64,000 nt of DNA from Octopus sinensis. Lineage: Eukaryota. The notes under the pieces are model-generated. The model worked only from the letters and a program-made list of their open reading frames with translations. It did no database searches and had not been told where the DNA came from. The position numbers were made by a program, and so were the translations under genes. Each line of letters opens with the position of its first letter. Position 1 is the first letter of the stretch. This document shows, piece after piece, positions 1 to 11,333 of this stretch. Where the stretch lies: contig NC_043022.1 in assembly GCF_006345805.1 (NCBI RefSeq), positions 18,538,001 to 18,602,000 of the forward strand. The letters are read 5' to 3'.

Positions 1-1410
1 TGAAAATTGCTGTGCGCCAGATATGTCTTCGGGTGCACCAGCATCAGAGCGTGTCGACGCATCATCATAAAAGGCATCCTGAGATCACCATGGAATGAGC
101 TTTGGTAGGAGATGGACTTCTTAACCAGCAGAACACGTCTCTTCCACATGAAGCAGAAATGCATTCGCTCTAGTTTGTTTAGATACTCGTTGGGTCAAGA
201 TTCAACGGTTAGGTACAGTACACAGACGTGGCAATGTAGGTAGACAGTAGCATCTGCTAGACTTTTCGAAGACAACTTCCTCTCGGCCCATTTTTTAGTG
301 TGACTGGCTGCCTTGAAGCAAACTCGCCCGGGTTCTCGTTTGCTTGGAAGTTTGGTCTAAATCAGACTCCAGGCACCTTAACTGAGCCTTCGGTCCAGTA
401 AGAGAACCCGCCACTGAGCAACATGATATTGTCTCTCCAAATGCCAAGTTATTACCCCACCGACCTGTCCCAATTGATGCGTGCTCCTGCATAATTTTGA
501 TACTCCTCTACTATAATTTCGACCGCTTCTGTATCCTAAATGTCCAACACGATGACAATGGCTTCGTCTACGCAGTTCACCTTTAACCTAGTTCGAACTA
601 GATACTCCTCGCTCTTTCCATTTTCTGCAGCAATGGCCCCAGAATCAAACCAATGTCACCATTACACCATCTCATCACTGAATGCAACAACGGCACCAAT
701 AACAACAAGGACCACCAACACAATCACCGAACTGGCGGATTACGAGTTCGATACCAAATGAATCCGAAAAGTGGCTTTTCAATTTGACCACCGAATAGAT
801 GCCACTGTACATTGGACTGATGAATTGCTCTTATAGCTTCCAGATATTGATCATCCACCCTATCGAATCCTTTGTACTCATCCAAAATGCCAAATGCCTC
901 GCCAAAGCCAGATTTATTCCCGACCATTCAATAATTTATCACAAGAGATCGAAATTGTTCTGGATTGATCTACTGGAAATCACATGGTTTTTCGAGTCTC
1001 CGACTACACTACCTCCAAGTGCCAGCTTCCTGGCGAACGCGAGCCTCTTGGACACCGCAAGCTTCTTGCAAAGATCTTTAAATTTATGTTGAGCAGAAAT
1101 AAAGTTCATAGAGTTCTCTATCAGTTGTCTTTTGTATGGATCCTTCCTCAGCAGTGTCACCGTCCCTCAGCACACTTGAATGGAATGCTTCTAGTCTAGT
1201 GCCAGCTGCAGTAGACGGATGCTAAGCACTAGAACGAATAAGTTTTGCATGCGGAAAATATAGCTCATGAGGAAGGATATCCAGCCCGGGTGATTTGCAT
1301 CGTACCGCGCTCGACACAGCAGCTAAGAACATCTGACATTCCATCAGCTGAAAACGACTTTTCTCAGCCTTCTGTCCACACGCAACAGCTCGAGAATTGT
1401 ATCAGACCGC
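1..1410 (-). mobile_element. Decayed Tx1/L1-clade LINE reverse transcriptase fragment
   Basis: Minus-strand conceptual translation with stops and frameshifts gives SPGLD..PHELY (~1290), VTLLRKD, SRSIQNNF, LDEYKGFDRVDDQYLEA (LDQxKAFDRVDH-like), a degenerate YADD (CVDE ~570), AGARIN, WTEGSVKV.GV*F and KWAERKLS, in the order of the L1/Tx1 RT and thumb. Confidence 0.85.
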
Positions 1411-1802
1411 GCTAGTAGTGGTGGTGGTTGTGGTGGTGGTGGGAACGACTGGTACTTATTTTATCAAGTATGGATGGGTGGGTGGGTGGGTTAAAAGTAG
1501 AAGCTGACTCCACCGAAAATTGAGCTTCCTGATGTCAAACACTGTGTTTTAGTTCGGTGCTCTACATATTTGGTTACCCAGTCACTCTCCTGCTCCGTAC
1601 TACAACCACCAAGAACAACTACAGTCGTCATCACCGCCGAAACTACCATCACCACCACCACCAACAACAATAACAACAACCATAACACCCCGTCATCACA
1701 CTTTACAATCACCACCACTACTAACCATTATCCCAGCGGTGATGGTTACTACTACTACTACTACTACTACTACCATTACAGTACTACTGTTATCACTGCT
1801 GC

Positions 1803-2190
1803 TACTCTTTTACTCTTTTACTTGTTTCAGTCATTTGACTGCGGCTATGCTGGAGCACCGCCTTTTAGTCGAGCAAATCAACCCCAGGACTTATTTTTTT
1901 GTAGGCCTAGTACTTATTCTATAGGTCTCTTATGCCGAACCGCTAAGCTACGGGGACATAAACACACCAGCATCGGTTGTCAAGCGATGTTGGGGGCGAC
2001 AAACACAGACACACACACACACACACATATATATACGACGGGCTTCTTTCGGTTTCCGTCTTTCAAATCCACTCACAAGGCTTTTGTCGACCCGGGGCTA
2101 TAGTAGAAGACACTTGCCCAAGGTGCCATTAGTTGGACTGAACCCGGAACCATGTGATTGGTAAGCAAGCTACTTACCACACAGCCACTG
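1803..2190 (-). mobile_element. SINE-B (tRNA-like head, CORE-like body, internal TA/TG tract, GTAAAAGA tail), full length
   Basis: Reverse complement of the ~390-bp element seen at 13091 and 27497 (head GGCGCAGGAGTGGCTGTGTGGTAAG, B-box GGTTCAGTCC, CCTTGGGCAAGTGTCTT). More than 20 copies or fragments in the window. Confidence 0.9.
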
Positions 2191-2299
2191 CTGCTACTGT
2201 TACTAATAATAATGATGTGATATTGATAGTGGGAGCCTCAGACACTCGTCAAAGTCGTAGTGGTGGTGGCGGTGTCGTTACTGGTTTTGGCAGTGTTGG

Positions 2300-3030
2300 T
2301 CATAGTTGTTGGTGATATTGATGTTGTTGTTCTTGGTGGCAGTATTGGTACCGATGGTGATGGTGTTGCTGTTGGTGATGATGGTGTCCAGTGGAGGCCG
2401 TGATGGTGGTGGTGGTGGTGCTGCTGCCGGTGATGTCATGTATGATTACTGCTGGTGGTGGCGATGGACGTCGTTCGTGTTGGTGGTGGCGATGGTGTTT
2501 GTGGTATTGCTGGTGCACAGGAGATGATGTTGCTGCTGGTGGTGATGATGGCGCCATTGAGAGTCGTGATGGAGGTGGAGATGGTGATAGCATTAGTGAC
2601 GGTGTTGCTGTTGTTATTGTTGTTGTTGTAATTGGTGGTGGTGGTGGGTGTGATGGTACCAGTGGAAGTCGTAATGACGGTGGAGATGGCGATGTTAGTG
2701 GTGGAGACGGTGGTGTCGTCAGTCAGTCGTGTGAAATCATTAATTTTCTTCAGTTGAGTGAATAGGTGAGTTGGTGTAGTGTTGATATATTTGGCACAGA
2801 CTGCGGTGGTGGCTATGGTGGGGTTGGTGGTGGTGGTGGTATGGATGGAAGTAGTGGTGAAGATGGTGGTAGCGGTGGTTGTTTAATTTCGGTGGCGACG
2901 ATGGTTGTGGTGTTTTGTAGTTGTAAATGTAGTGGTGACGATGGTGGTGGGGGTGATGGTGAAGTTGGTGGTGGAAAATACAGTGAAAGTGTGAAGAGAA
3001 GGATAGAGAGAGAGAGGAGGAGGAGGAGAG
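2300..3030. repeat. Degenerate (GGT/GAT)n low-complexity tract
   Basis: Runs of ggt/gat/gtt triplets; source of spurious poly-V/G/H ORFs. Confidence 0.9.
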
Positions 3031-3378
3031 AGACAAACGGACAAGAAGTGTTATAGAAAGGGAGAGGCGTAGGTGAAACTAAAACAGATAATAAAAAGTA
3101 AAGATAAAAGGAAAATGAAATAGAGAGAGGGGGAGATCATTTGTCTTGTACTTGTTTCAATCCTTGGACTACGGTTATTCTGGTGCATCGCCTTGACGGG
3201 TTTAGTCGAATAAATCGACCCCACGACTTTTTATAAATCTGGTTCTTACTGTATTGGTCTTTTACGCTGAACTGCTAAGTTAACGTAAATACACCAAGAA
3301 CGGTTGTTAATCTGTGGGGAAGAAGACAAAATCAAAACCACACACGCAGATAGATAGATAGATAGATAGATAGATAAG

Positions 3379-3690
3379 TTTCTTTATTGGCCACACAGGG
3401 CTGCACACACAGATGGGACAAATTACAAGGTAGAGCTTTTCTTTTGGGGGATGAAAATAAAAAGATTAAAAAAAAAAGTGGCGTAGGTTTTCGATCAAAA
3501 GGGATCGTAAAATGGAAAAAAGAAAAAAAGGAACAAAAGAAAGGAAAAAGGATAAAAAAAGGAAAGGAAAAAAGGAAGAGAAAGAAAAAAAACGATCAAT
3601 AGGGGTCGTGCATCACAGTGTCATGATGTACGGTGTAAAGGGGGAAGCAGATAAGGTTTATCCGTGGGAAGAAAAGCCTACGAAAAGACC
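3379..3690 (-). mobile_element. Putative LINE 3' end (Tx1/L1-like UTR) inserted in (GATA)n
   Basis: Non-repetitive 312-bp insert flanked on both sides by (GATA)n. The minus strand ends ...GCCCTGTGTGGCCAATAAAGAAA, and its last ~50 nt match the SINE-C tail. Clade assignment is inference. Confidence 0.5.
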
Positions 3691-3947
3691 AGATAGATAG
3701 ATAGATAGATAGATAGACTTCCCACAGTTTACGCCTACCGTATTCACCCACAAGGCTTTAATCGGCCATGGTCTACAGTAGAAAAAACACTCGCCCAAGT
3801 TGCCGCACAATGGGAGTGAACCCGAAACCACGTGTGTTTGAGAAGCGAGCTTCTTAGCCACACGGCTATGCCTACGCATACGGACAGACAGAGTAAGACT
3901 GAATATTTCAACGCTAAAACTATCTCTATAATACTGATACATTAAAG

Positions 3948-4515
3948 GCACAAGACCTGAAATTTTGGGGGAGGGGGCCAGTCGATTACCTCGACCCCAG
4001 TGTTTCACTGGCACTTAATTTATCGACCCCGGAAGGATGAAAGGCTAAGTCGACCTCGGCGGAATTTGAACTCAGAACGTAGCGACAGACGAAATACCTA
4101 TTTCTTTACTACCCACAAGGGGCTAAACACAGAGAGGACAAACAAGGACAGACATAGGTATTAAGTCGATTACATCGAACCCCAGTGCGTAACTGGTACT
4201 TATTTAATCGACCCTGAAAGGATGAAAGGCAAAGTCGATCTCAGCGGAATTTGAACTCAGAACGTAGCGACAGACGAAATACCTATTTCTTTACTACCCA
4301 CGAGGGGCTAAACACAGAGAGGACAAACAAGGACAGACAAACGGATTAAGTCGATTACATCGACCTCAGTGCGTAACTGGTACTTAATTTATCGACCCCG
4401 AAAGGATGAAAGGCAAAGTCGACCTCGGCGGAATTTGAACTCAGAACGTAGCGGCAAACGAATTACCGCTAATTATTTCGTCCGGCGCGCTAACGATTCT
4501 GCCAGCTCGCCGCTT
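3948..4515 (-). mobile_element. SINE-C tandem multimer (one head + three body units, last one truncated)
   Basis: Head GGCGGCGAGCTGGCAGAATCGTTAGC at 4515, B-box GAGTTCAAATT, core GCCTTTCATCCTTTCGGGGTCGATAAATTAAGTACCAG. Units are joined by TAAAGAAATA|GGTATTTCGTC at ~4098 and ~4283. Confidence 0.9.
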
Positions 4516-4574
4516 TTATAATATTAATAGATAATGAATACTCTTTTACCGTTCCTCATTCATATTCACGCGCA

Positions 4575-4614
<40 letters not shown>

Positions 4615-4984
4615 ACACACACACACACTCATCGTGGGTCTTACAAAGGTTATGGGCAGTGCCGCTTCCTCCGGATTCTTCAGCAAATGAGAAAAACGAA
4701 AGCAAATATGCGCGCGCGTACGCACATATAAGAGAGATTAAGAGGAAGAGTGACAAAGCTAGGCTGGAGTACTACAAGGAGGAAAAAGAATGAGAGAGCG
4801 AGAGAGAGAGAGAGAGACATAGAGGGGAGTCAGAGAAAGATACACAGACTGGAGTAGAGAAATAGAGCAGGGGAGGGAGTGAAAGAGAGGCAGACAGTGA
4901 GTGAAAGAGAGAGAGAGAGAGATTCAAAGGGCGGGAAAGGTGTGGTTTGAAGCAAAATCAAAAGGAATTACGAAATGAGTGATA

Positions 4985-5160
4985 TTTGATAACAGTGATG
5001 ATGATGATGACGATGATGATGATGACGATGATGATGGTGATGACGTTGACGATTACGATGACGATGATGATGACGATGACGATGATGATGATGACGATGT
5101 CGATGACGATGGTGATGATGATAATGATGACGATGATGATGACGATGATGATGATGACAC
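4985..5160. repeat. (GAT/GAC)n microsatellite
   Basis: Explains the poly-D and poly-M ORFs at 4979 and 4986. Confidence 0.95.
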
Positions 5161-5582
5161 TAGTAGATATTGCCTGTTGTTGTTTTATTGGTTTGGTGAA
5201 GTGGAAAGGGTTGTACTCATCATAGCTGTGTCCATAGCCATCAGGTCCTCAAAGACAGGTGTGTGAGATTGGCGCAGTGAATAAATTGGTTGACAGCTAC
5301 AGGTGGGGGCGGGGTGAGAAAATGAATAAATATTGGTCATTCAGATAAATTAAAAAGGAGAGAATGCGTTTTGGGATGGAATGGAGGGAGGGTGGATGGT
5401 GGTGGCGGCTGCGGCGGCGGTGGTGGTTTCGCTGAGAGCGATGCTTTTGAGGGGTGGTCATACTAGTGATATTCTGACCAATGACACTCAACAAGATTAA
5501 TGTCGTTTAATCAATGGAACGTTGGCTTCTACATACATACATACATACATACTACATACATACATACATATATGTATGTATG

Positions 5583-6020
<438 letters not shown>

Positions 6021-6261
6021 TGTATACATATATATATCTAAATATAAAATTCCGTAGCAAGCCTTCAACATGTGTAATCGATCAGGAATCACAACTTAGA
6101 GTGGTCACCAATCCTGAAATACACGACATATTTATAATGATGTATATTGTATGTGGTGATTGACGCCTTAAAGTCTATTTCTCAGCATATTGGCATAGAA
6201 TTATTTTTCTTTTGCCCTTATTTATAATTATATATATATAATTATATATACATATATATAT

Positions 6262-6471
6262 AAAGGGAAAGTTTACGAAAATAAACAAAAGACGAAGGCA
6301 GGTGGGGTACAAACAAACAAATGTATTAGTATAGCGCTCAGGAATAGAAAAAGTCTTTTACGTTTCGAGCCTACGCTCTTCGACAGAAAGATACACAGAA
6401 AAAAAAACAAGGAGAGAAACAAGGAGAGAAAAAAATGCGTGTAGTAGCTAACGATCTATCATGGCGTCCTG
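6262..6471 (-). mobile_element. Penelope-like short element family A carrying a minimal hammerhead motif
   Basis: ~210-bp insert between (TA)n and (CA)n, near-identical to 10894-11090; contains the motif at 6355-6390. Confidence 0.7.
6355..6390 (-). ncRNA. Minimal type I hammerhead-like motif, core variant CUGUCGA
   Basis: Minus strand: CTTT CTGTCGA A GAGC-GTAG-GCTC GAAA CG TA AAAG. Stem I CTTT/AAAG, stem II 4 bp, self-complementary ACGT stem III, GUA site. Confidence 0.65.
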
Positions 6472-6504
<33 letters not shown>

Positions 6505-7070
6505 CACTTGCGTCGGAAATTAATTAGCACTTCTCAAATTTCTACATTTTCTTACACTTTCTTAATTTAATTAACTTATTATCAGAAATGAACTCGTTTT
6601 TAATCAAAAATTTATTAAAACATATCCCAGCACACCACATAATTGTTATTAATCGTGAAATTTAGTCAATATCTTGTTGCTCTCCTTTGGCAGCAATGAC
6701 AGCTGCTACGCGGGTCGGCATTGCTGTCTATGAGTGCCTGCAGGTACTGTGCAGGGATGGGCCCTCATGCAGCAAGAAGTGCCCCAAACAGCTCGTGTCG
6801 GTTCCTGTATTGCTGCACATTCAAATCCCTACCCAATCGACTCCAGAGGTTCTCAATAGGGTTCAGGTCAGGTGACTGGCCAGCACGTACTCCTCGCCAT
6901 CAAAGAGGTATCCCGTACTATCTCAACGTACTTTGCTGCGTTGATGTTGCCTTCGACGGCATAGAGCGCCCAACACCACTGTAGCTGAACGCCCTTCACA
7001 CCATCAGACCACCCCCACCATGCTACATGGTGAGCAAATCAAGGGTGCTAATTAATTTCTGACGGTAGTG
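6505..7070 (-). mobile_element. Tc1-family internal-deletion derivative with both TIRs
   Basis: 26-bp TIRs CACT(T/A)(G/C)CGTC(G/A)GAAATTAATTAGCAC flanked by TA. Minus-strand remnants HGGGGLMV, GNINAAKYVEI, QSPDLNPIENLW and MPTRVAAVIAAKG. Confidence 0.92.
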
Positions 7071-7084
7071 TACATACAATTAAT

Positions 7085-7712
7085 TTATCTTTTACTTGTT
7101 TCAGTCATTGAACTGTGGCCATACTAGGGATGGCCTTGAAGGGTTTAATGAAATAAATCAACCCTAGTTGTCAAGCGGTGGTGGGGGACAGACACATACA
7201 CAAGAACAAACACACAGTCGACGAGCTTGTTTCAGTTTCCGTGTTCGAAATACACTCCCAAACTTTTGTTGGGCCTAAGCTACGGATTACATGGACAGCG
7301 AGGCTCACCAATGGAGAAGTTCTTAAGCAGATCAGGCCGAAAATGTCGCTAGAAGCTAGGATCACCAAGCATAGATTGGCATATTTCGGTCATATTATGC
7401 GGAGAAAATCCCTGGAGAAGGACATCATGCTCGGAATGGTCAGTGGCAAGAGAGGAAGAGGCCGACCAAGAACCCGCTGGCTTGACACCATCAGGAGTGA
7501 TACCGGAATGGACATGGTCAGTCTGAAGGAAGCGGCCCAGGATAGAACTGACTGGAGGACACTGATCCAACGAGTAACCGAGAGTCGACTTCGACTGAGC
7601 GGATAGGAAGGAAGGAAGCTGTAGTAGAATACACCGGCCCAAAGAGTCGCACAGTGGGATTGAACCTGGAGCCATATGGTTGGGAAGCAAGCTTCTTATC
7701 ATACAGCCAAGC
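7085..7712 (-). mobile_element. SINE-B, diverged, interrupted by RTE insertion
   Basis: Tail 7085-7281 and head/body 7616-7712 are collinear with the SINE-B consensus across the RTE insert. Confidence 0.8.
7283..7615 (+). mobile_element. 5'-truncated RTE (BovB-like) LINE 3' end
   Basis: Open frame RITWTARLTNGEVL...RLAYFGHIMRR..SLEKDIMLGMVSGKRGRGRPRTRWLD...AAQDRTDWR, stop at 7604-7606, (GGAA)n tail, candidate TSD AAGCT (7277-81 / 7616-20). Confidence 0.92.
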
Positions 7713-8327
7713 ATACATATAGATTGACGAACGGAGAGATAAACAGAGAGAGAGAGAGAGACGAACGAACGAGTGGTCAGATACATAGACACAGACACAC
7801 ACGAATCTTTGTTATACACACAAATGTATACACGCACACGTACACTCATATATACACTCATATATACACGTACTGTTTTGCGTTTTGTCTCTAACCCTCT
7901 ATTGCTACATTTATGCATTTATCGTCTATTTCATTAGATTTTAGTCAATTTCATTTGGAGTGCATCACTTAACTCCGCCACCACGACATACATACACTTC
8001 GCCTTACATATACATGCACACACACATACATATGTATATAGGATATACATACATGGTTGTGTATGTATTTATATGTAATCATATGCATACACACACACAC
8101 TCATATATATACTCATATTTATATCCACATGTGTATGCAAATATATGTGTATGCGTGTGTATGTATAAAGACAGGAAGAGAGAGAAAATATAGAAAGATT
8201 TGTGCATAGTTGACAGATACAATTATATATGATATACATGCTATATATAATACAAAAATACATACATATATACACTCACACGAACACATATTTATGTGTG
8301 TGCGTATAAATATTTTTGTTTGTATCC

Positions 8328-8358
<31 letters not shown>

Positions 8359-8507
8359 TGTATGTATGCATGCATGCATGCATGTATGTATGTGTATGTA
8401 TTATGTATGTATAGGTGGATGTGTACGTATACCGTGTGAGTATATTCCATATATTTGTATGTAAGATTTTAAGTATGTATGAATTCATGTGTCTACGTTT
8501 ATATGCG

Positions 8508-8547
<40 letters not shown>

Positions 8548-9015
8548 GGAGGGCTATTAAGAAAAATCACCTATGATAGATGGTAACATCAGACATTTTA
8601 AATTTATCAACATTTATCAACCAGTATTACATGTCACACACTGGCTCAGGGCGATTTATAATTACTATTTTATGTTTTATTTATCTCTCTCTCTCTCTAC
8701 CGCTTGTGGTGCGGAACATTCCCTTCGTCAGTGGTCGACTAAATTATCACAACGTTTTTGACACATACACATGCGCGCACACTTTGTCTGTCTGTCTCTC
8801 TCTCTCTCTTTCTCTCACACGTGTGCATACATATGTAGCAACAACCACTATATATGTGTGTGTATGTGTGTGTCCACTAACTCCATCATATATATCCTCT
8901 AGCACCATTATACATGCATATGTATATCTCCGCTGCCACTATAATGCACATATATATTACCACAATTATATGTACATATATACATACACACACACACATA
9001 TATATATATAAATTC

Positions 9016-9051
<36 letters not shown>

Positions 9052-9061
9052 CATATATATA

Positions 9062-9348
9062 TAAATTCCTACTTGATTTTTGGAATCCGCAGGGAAATCA
9101 ATAGCCAAGACTGAAGGGAGGCAATCGTTAACCATCGTGGTGCTTTGGTGACCGCAAGATAGCGGCGTGGCCGAAGATCGATGGACAATGGCAAAGGGAG
9201 ATAATCACCTTAAAACGAGGCTTTTCTCCCTCCATATTTTAAAGAGGTCTCAGACCAGCAGTGTTTGGGGTCTGAAGATACACCGTAGGGCTAAACCCCT
9301 TATGGGCGAGAAACCCAGGGTAACCCCATAAACCGACCTACCCCACTG

Positions 9349-9350
<2 letters not shown>
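9062..9350 (+). mobile_element. Penelope-like insert (family D) between (TA)n tracts
   Basis: Unique ~290-bp, GC-richer insert bounded by (TA)n on both sides; carries the hammerhead-like motif at 9266-9328. Confidence 0.5.
9266..9328 (+). ncRNA. Type I hammerhead-like motif with long, partly decayed stem II
   Basis: TGGGGT CTGAAGA [stem II CCGTA-GGG..CCC-TATGG] GAAA CCC A GGG TA ACCCCA. Canonical core, 6-bp stem I, GUA site. Confidence 0.65.
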
Positions 9351-9392
<42 letters not shown>

Positions 9393-10033
9393 CAGAAATA
9401 TGTTACAAAAAGAAATATAAAATACACATGGAAATGTAAGTGTAAAATATGAAAAATCAACGAAAATGCACATTGCAAATAAAAAAAAGGCTATTTATGA
9501 AAGGTAGCGACAAATATATACATTTAGATGGACTGAGGTAGTAATAAAAGTCATTATTATGAGATGATTATAAAGTCAGAAAACTAAGCAGTAAATGAAA
9601 GCAACATAAGCTTAGAATAACATAGAATAATGCTAAAATGGACGGGAACCTAAACTCCAACTTCTTCATCCAGGCCCGAGTCGCGGCATCGAAAGTTAGA
9701 CTTAAAACGTATATTTACATAGAGCTACCCTACTCTTGAAAAGAGATGCTTACCTTACTCTTGAAAATTTCATAGGGTCCTGTGTCAGGACTCACAGTTA
9801 TGACATCTTGGACATATTGCATATGAATATGATTATAGCCAAATTGGAATAGCTGTCGAAGTTAGACTTTACATAAATCTTCTTTTCTGCTTTGCTTTGA
9901 GTTTCTTTATTTTGCAATCTATATTTTGTACTTCATCTAAATATAAGTCTAAAGTCTGTATTCATCTATCTTACCACCATTTGTCGTGTTTTCGGGATAT
10001 CGTTATTATATATATATACATATATATATATAT

Positions 10034-10235
10034 GTGACCCCGTGTGTACCGTTGGCTATTTTTTTCCTCTGTCTTCCCATCTCTATATCTTTTCTTCTCC
10101 TATGTTTCCGACGAAGAGCTCCGCTTGAAACGTTAAACCTTCCTTCTTTCCTTCTTTCCTGAGCGTCCAATAATACTATATTTGTTCCACGTCCTCGCGT
10201 CGTTGTGTTTTTTTGTGCTTACATGTTTGGATTAA

Positions 10236-10237
<2 letters not shown>
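10034..10237 (+). mobile_element. Penelope-like short element family B with minimal hammerhead motif (10104-10138)
   Basis: Flanked by (TA)n; homologous to 51959-52166 and 58775-58972. Motif GTTT CCGACGA A GAGC TCC GCTT GAAA CG TT AAAC. Confidence 0.7.
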
Positions 10238-10275
<38 letters not shown>

Positions 10276-10649
10276 GGCATAGAAAATCTTTTTTTCTTTT
10301 GCTCTTGTTTATAATTGTTTATAATTTTCACCTTTAAAGGTATTTTAATATGCTGGATACTTTTGGTGGGGGTGTGTGATTTTTATCCTATATATATATA
10401 TAGTTTGATAAGTGCCAACGTACGAAACTCTGGAACTTTATATATATATAAAAATATACATATACTCATAGTTCTAGTTTTCTTGTTTGCATCAACATAT
10501 ATAGTGTACTGCAGCATGATGATAAGATCAACAAGAAAATATTCTATCTGGTGAGAGATGAATAATATTTAATAAGCACAGTATGTGTCTTTATGTGCTA
10601 CTATTAGTTTCATGCAATGGAAGCATACCGGACACTATTTTTTAACACT

Positions 10650-10847
10650 TGTAGGAGTTTCTGTGTAGTAAGAAGCTTGCTTAAAAAACATATTGTTCTG
10701 GGTTCAATCCTACAGCGTGGCACCTTTGGCAAGTGTCTTCTACTAGTGTTAGTGTTCTACTATAGACTCTGGTTGAGTAAAGCTTTGTGAGTGGATTTAG
10801 TAGACAGAAAATTAAAGAGCCTGTTATATATATATATATTATATATA

Positions 10848-10895
<48 letters not shown>

Positions 10896-11275
10896 CGGGA
10901 AGGTTTACGAAAATAAACAAAAGACGAAGGCAAGTGGAGTACAAACAAACAAATGTATTAGTATGGCGCTCAGGAATAGAAAAGTCTTTTACGTTTCGAG
11001 CCTACGCTCTTCAACAGAAAGATACACAGAAAAAAACAAGGAGAGAAAAAAATGCGTGTAGGAGCTAACGATCTATCATGGCGTTCTGACCATATATATA
11101 GGGCGGAGTTGTGTTTGTATTTGTCCCCCACGACCCCTTGACAACTGCTGTTGGTGTGTTTACGTCACTGTAACCTAGCAATTCGGCAAAAGTCGATTCG
11201 TTCGACTAAAAATTCTTCAAGGCGGTGCACCAGCATGACCGCAGTCTAATGACTGCAATATATGTGAGATAAAAG
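10650..11275 (+). mobile_element. SINE-B split at its internal (TA)n by a family-A insert
   Basis: 5' half 10650-10826, then (TA)n and the insert 10894-11090, then the 3' half 11100-11275. Confidence 0.75.
10894..11090 (-). mobile_element. Penelope-like short element family A, copy 2 (hammerhead-like motif 10986-11021)
   Basis: Minus strand: CTTT CTGTTGA A GAGC GTAG GCTC GAAA CG TA AAAG; near-identical to 6262-6471. Confidence 0.7.
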
Positions 11276-11333
11276 ATGTATGGTGCAGTGGATTAACCGA
11301 TGAGGAATTAGTTATTAGATCTAGAAACTAGAT

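Noticed and set aside
3948-4515. CRISPR-like periodic repeats
   Set aside because: Units are ~180-bp SINE bodies without unique spacers; eukaryotic context, no cas genes.
6072-6125. GTGTA..AGGA..TCCT GAAA TACAC junction
   Set aside because: No CUGANGA-like core and no NUH site.
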